From assembly GCA_026397205.1 (NCBI GenBank), contig JAPLVH010000017.1, positions 1 through 40,328 on the forward strand: a stretch of 40,328 nucleotides of DNA, in the 5' to 3' direction. The notes under the pieces were generated by a model, which did not search any database, was not told the DNA's origin, and saw only the letters and a program-made list of their open reading frames with translations. The DNA is from Candidatus Berkelbacteria bacterium (GTDB taxonomy: Bacteria; Patescibacteriota; UBA1384; XYA2-FULL-43-10; CAINNR01). The position numbers were made by a program, and so were the translations under genes. This document shows, piece by piece, positions 37,291 through 40,328 of this stretch; the first letter of the stretch is position 1, and each line of letters begins with the position of its first letter.

Positions 37291-37347
37291 GATTCTTCGC
37301 CTTGTTCAGAATGACAACTGGATCCCCGAAACAAGTTCGGGATGACA
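37291..37347. repeat. Two TGTCAT-type REP-like repeats
   Basis: GATTCTTCGCCTTGTTCAGAATGACA and GGATCCCCGAAACAAGTTCGGGATGACA. Confidence 0.7.
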
Positions 37348-37382
37348 ATCGTCAAAATAGTTCTCGTTTTGCTCGAACAATA

Positions 37383-40037
37383 TTATTTCATTGAATATTC
37401 TGAATCGGATTTCTCTTCAATCACCGCTTGTGCGGCGGCCAGGCAAGCGATTGGGACGCGGTACGGCGAGCAGGAAACATAATTCATGCCGGCGCGGTGG
37501 CAAAACTTAACCGAGTCCGGATCGCCGCCGTGTTCGCCGCAAATTCCGACTTTCAAATCTTTTTTCACCGAACGGCCTTTTTCAATCCCCATATGAACCA
37601 ATTTTCCGACACCGTCAACATCAAGTGTTTGGAACGGATCGGAGGCAAAAATCTTTTGGTCCAAATAAATTTTAATAAATTTACCGGCATCGTCGCGAGA
37701 AAATCCGAAAGTCATTTGGGTTAAATCATTTGTGCCGAAGGAGAAGAAATCGGCAACTTCGGCAATCTCGTCGGCGGTGACGGCGGCCCTTGGAACTTCG
37801 ATCATTGTGCCGACGAAGTACTTGATTTTTTCATTAGCCGTTTTCATAACTTCGGCGGCGATGCGATCAATTAACTCGCGTTGGTTTTTCAATTCGGCAA
37901 CACTTCCGACCAGCGGCACCATAATTTCCGGCACAACTTTGATTTTATTTTTTTTCTGAAGTTCACAAGCGGCGGAGATAATCGCCCGAGTTTGCATTTC
38001 GGTGATTTCCGGATAAGTAATTCCGAGCCGGCAACCGCGGTGGCCGAGCATCGGATTAATTTCATGCAACTCTTCGGTTTTTTGCCAGATAACTTTGGCA
38101 TCAATGCCAATTTTTTTTGATAATTCTTGCGCTTCAGATTTGGTTTTTGGCAGAAATTCGTGAAGCGGCGGATCCAAAAGTCGGATCGTTACCGAATAAC
38201 CTTTCATCTCTTTGAACAATCCGATAAAGTCATTTTTCTGAAAAGGCAAAAGTTTATTGAGTGCGACGACACGATCGGGGGCATTATCAGCCAAAATCAT
38301 TTTTTGCATTTCCGGTAGGCGATCGGAGTCAAAAAACATATGTTCTGTTCGACAAAGACCGATACCTTCTGCCCCAAATTCGCGTGCGACTTTTGCGTCG
38401 CGAGGAATATCAGCGTTGGCGCGGACTCCGAGTCGTCTAATTTTGTTAACCCAAATCATCAATTTGCCAAAATCTCCGGACAAAGTCGGCTCAACCGTCG
38501 GAAGTTTGCCGATAATCACTTCACCGGTTGAACCGTTTAAAGTTAGCCAGTCATTTTTTTTGATAATTTTATTACCGATCGTTAATTTTCCTCCGCGCTC
38601 GTCAACTTTGATCTCTTCGCAACCGGCAACGCAACATTTTCCCATGCCGCGGGCGACGACGGCGGCGTGCGAAGTCATCCCACCGCGGGCGGTCAAAATT
38701 CCCTCAGCCGAGTCCATGCCGTGGATGTCATCCGGGCAGGTTTCGGTTCGAACCAAAATCACTTTTTCGCCGTTTCCGGCCATTTCAACCGCATCGTCGG
38801 AATCAAAAACCACTTTGCCAACAGCGGCACCGGGAGACGCCGGTAGACCTTTTGCCGACACCTCGTAGGTGTCGGAGAGGTTGATAACTGGATGAAGAAG
38901 TTGATTTAACGATTCCGGCTCAACTCGCATAATTGCTTCTTCGACCGAAATCATTTTTTCTTTAACCATATCGACGGCAATTTTGACTGCGGCGTGAGCC
39001 GTTCGTTTGCCGGTTCGGGTTTGAAGCATATAGAGTTCGCCTTGTTCGATGGTAAATTCAAAATCTTGAATGTCGCGGTAATGTTTTTCCAAATTATCGG
39101 TAATTGATTTTAACTCTAGAAAAACCGCCGGCATTTCTTTTTTTAACTCGATTATCGGTTTCGGCGTTCGAATGCCGGCGACAACATCTTCGCCTTGGGC
39201 GTTTGTTAGATATTCTCCATAAAATTCCCGCCTGCCGGTGGAAGGATTTCTGGTGAAACCGACGCCGGTGGCCGAGTCGTCTCCCATGTTGCCGAAAACC
39301 ATCGCTTGAATATTAACGGCGGTTCCCAAATCATCAGAAATTTTATTCAATCGGCGATAGGTGAACGCCCGCGGATTGTTCCAGCTTTTGAAAACCGCGT
39401 CTCTTGCCAGCGCCAGCTGTTTAGTCGGATCCTCGGGGAATTTTTTGCCGGATCTGGTTTTAACTAATTCTTTATATTTAATAATCAATTTTTCCAAGTC
39501 CTCTTCGCGAAGTTCGGTATCCAATTTGATCTTGATTTTCTTTTTCGCCGTCGCCAAAATCTCTTCGAACAGCTCTTTTTCAACTTCCAAAACGACATCG
39601 GAGAACATTTGGATAAAACGGCGATGAGCGTCGAGTGCAAAACGGCGGTTGCCGGTTTTCTTTGATATCGCAGCGACGGTTTTATCATTGAGTCCGAGAT
39701 TCAAAATTGTATCCATCATTCCCGGCATTGAAAATTTGGCGCCAGAGCGGACGGAAACCAAAAGCGGATTTTCAGTGTCGCCGAACTTTTTACCGGCGGA
39801 ATTCTCCAGTTTGGCAATCGCTTTTTGATATTCGCCGTCAAAATCTGCCGGCAGTTTTCCGGAATTTTTTGAGAAATAGTTGCAAACTTTAGTTGTTATC
39901 GTAAAACCGGGAGGAACCGGAACGCCGATCTTAACCATCTCGGCGAGGTTTGCACCTTTGCCACCAAGCAAGTCCTTCATTTTGCCGTCGCCATCGGCCT
40001 TACCTTCGCCAAACGAATAGATCATTTTTTCCGCCAT
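37383..40037 (-). CDS. ppdK: Pyruvate, phosphate dikinase
   Basis: LLGGKGANLAEM, SVRSGAKFSMPGMMDT, GGMTSHAAVVARG, GIGLCRTEHMF, FSFGTNDLTQ, GICGEHGGDP. Confidence 0.98.
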   Translation of the reverse strand: MAEKMIYSFGEGKADGDGKMKDLLGGKGANLAEMVKIGVPVPPGFTITTKVCNYFSKNSGKLPADFDGEYQKAIAKLENSAGKKFGDTENPLLVSVRSGAKFSMPGMMDTILNLGLNDKTVAAISKKTGNRRFALDAHRRFIQMFSDVVLEVEKELFEEILATAKKKIKIKLDTELREEDLEKLIIKYKELVKTRSGKKFPEDPTKQLALARDAVFKSWNNPRAFTYRRLNKISDDLGTAVNIQAMVFGNMGDDSATGVGFTRNPSTGRREFYGEYLTNAQGEDVVAGIRTPKPIIELKKEMPAVFLELKSITDNLEKHYRDIQDFEFTIEQGELYMLQTRTGKRTAHAAVKIAVDMVKEKMISVEEAIMRVEPESLNQLLHPVINLSDTYEVSAKGLPASPGAAVGKVVFDSDDAVEMAGNGEKVILVRTETCPDDIHGMDSAEGILTARGGMTSHAAVVARGMGKCCVAGCEEIKVDERGGKLTIGNKIIKKNDWLTLNGSTGEVIIGKLPTVEPTLSGDFGKLMIWVNKIRRLGVRANADIPRDAKVAREFGAEGIGLCRTEHMFFDSDRLPEMQKMILADNAPDRVVALNKLLPFQKNDFIGLFKEMKGYSVTIRLLDPPLHEFLPKTKSEAQELSKKIGIDAKVIWQKTEELHEINPMLGHRGCRLGITYPEITEMQTRAIISAACELQKKNKIKVVPEIMVPLVGSVAELKNQRELIDRIAAEVMKTANEKIKYFVGTMIEVPRAAVTADEIAEVADFFSFGTNDLTQMTFGFSRDDAGKFIKIYLDQKIFASDPFQTLDVDGVGKLVHMGIEKGRSVKKDLKVGICGEHGGDPDSVKFCHRAGMNYVSCSPYRVPIACLAAAQAVIEEKSDSEYSMK

Positions 40038-40163
40038 TCAAATCTCCTTTCAAAACTTAAGTAGAAAAAAATTAAGTAACTTAAGTTCCTTAAGTCACTT
40101 AAAAATCTTTTGATAAATTTATTTTAGCAAAAAACTTTCTTAAAATCAAATTGCCAAAAACAC

Positions 40164-40192
40164 TTGACAAATAAAACAGGGTTTGCTAAAAT
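40164..40192 (+). promoter_or_regulatory. Strong sigma70 promoter
   Basis: TTGACA-17 bp-TAAAAT with extended TG. Confidence 0.7.
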
Positions 40193-40198
40193 CTAAAA

Positions 40199-40328
40199 CA
40201 AGAAGACGACGGTGGAGTTTTGGTCCAGTGGTGATCGTCTGACAAGGGGGATAACTTACCTGCTCGGCTGTAACGCGGTTAGTTATCCCCGCCCAATGAC
40301 GGGATAGTCGGTTGTCTGTGGCTACCCA
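40199..40328 (+). ncRNA. Candidate structured RNA or long 5' leader (truncated by window edge)
   Basis: GC-rich and non-coding; stems AGACGA/TCGTCT and GGGGATAACT/AGTTATCCCC directly after a consensus promoter. Confidence 0.35.

Noticed and set aside
37428-39892. Plus-strand ORFs inside ppdK (e.g. 38257-38868) and similar antisense ORFs over galT, ruvB, LCP, prsA and comEC
   Set aside because: Shadow frames of well-supported genes, with no motifs or translation signals.

Overview
AT-rich bacterial chromosome segment using the standard code (TGA is a stop). Gene content (split comEC, pilin-like and LTD surface proteins, ppdK, several stand-alone PaaX/Cas2-like genes, many core genes without a Shine-Dalgarno) suggests a Patescibacteria/CPR organism; this is inference. 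The core scaffold is yebC-ruvC-[RM pair + ~8 kb glycosyltransferase island]-ruvA-orf-ruvB-queH-queA, then tsaE-tsaB-LCP, prsA, comEC, grpE, an SDR and ppdK. Accessory content includes an MNT-HEPN toxin-antitoxin pair and several secreted hypotheticals. The most striking unexplained structure involves three dispersed wHTH + Cas2/PaaX-like genes (3501-4088, 24262-24852, 35688-36230). Each is bracketed on both sides by its own family of 38-44 bp near-perfect palindromes, and differences between copies are always mirrored in both arms. There is no CRISPR array, cas1 or paa operon, so this is a candidate undescribed palindrome-bounded element or regulatory system. Other signals: a 4-copy intergenic element with heptamer arms around a covarying GRA-triloop hairpin; repeat-derived in-frame insertions in queA; an ~82 bp structured direct repeat bracketing the TA pair; and two promoters with simple-sequence repeats in the spacer. 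No tRNA, rRNA or CRISPR array was recognised. All protein calls come from motif recognition by eye; no database search was run.
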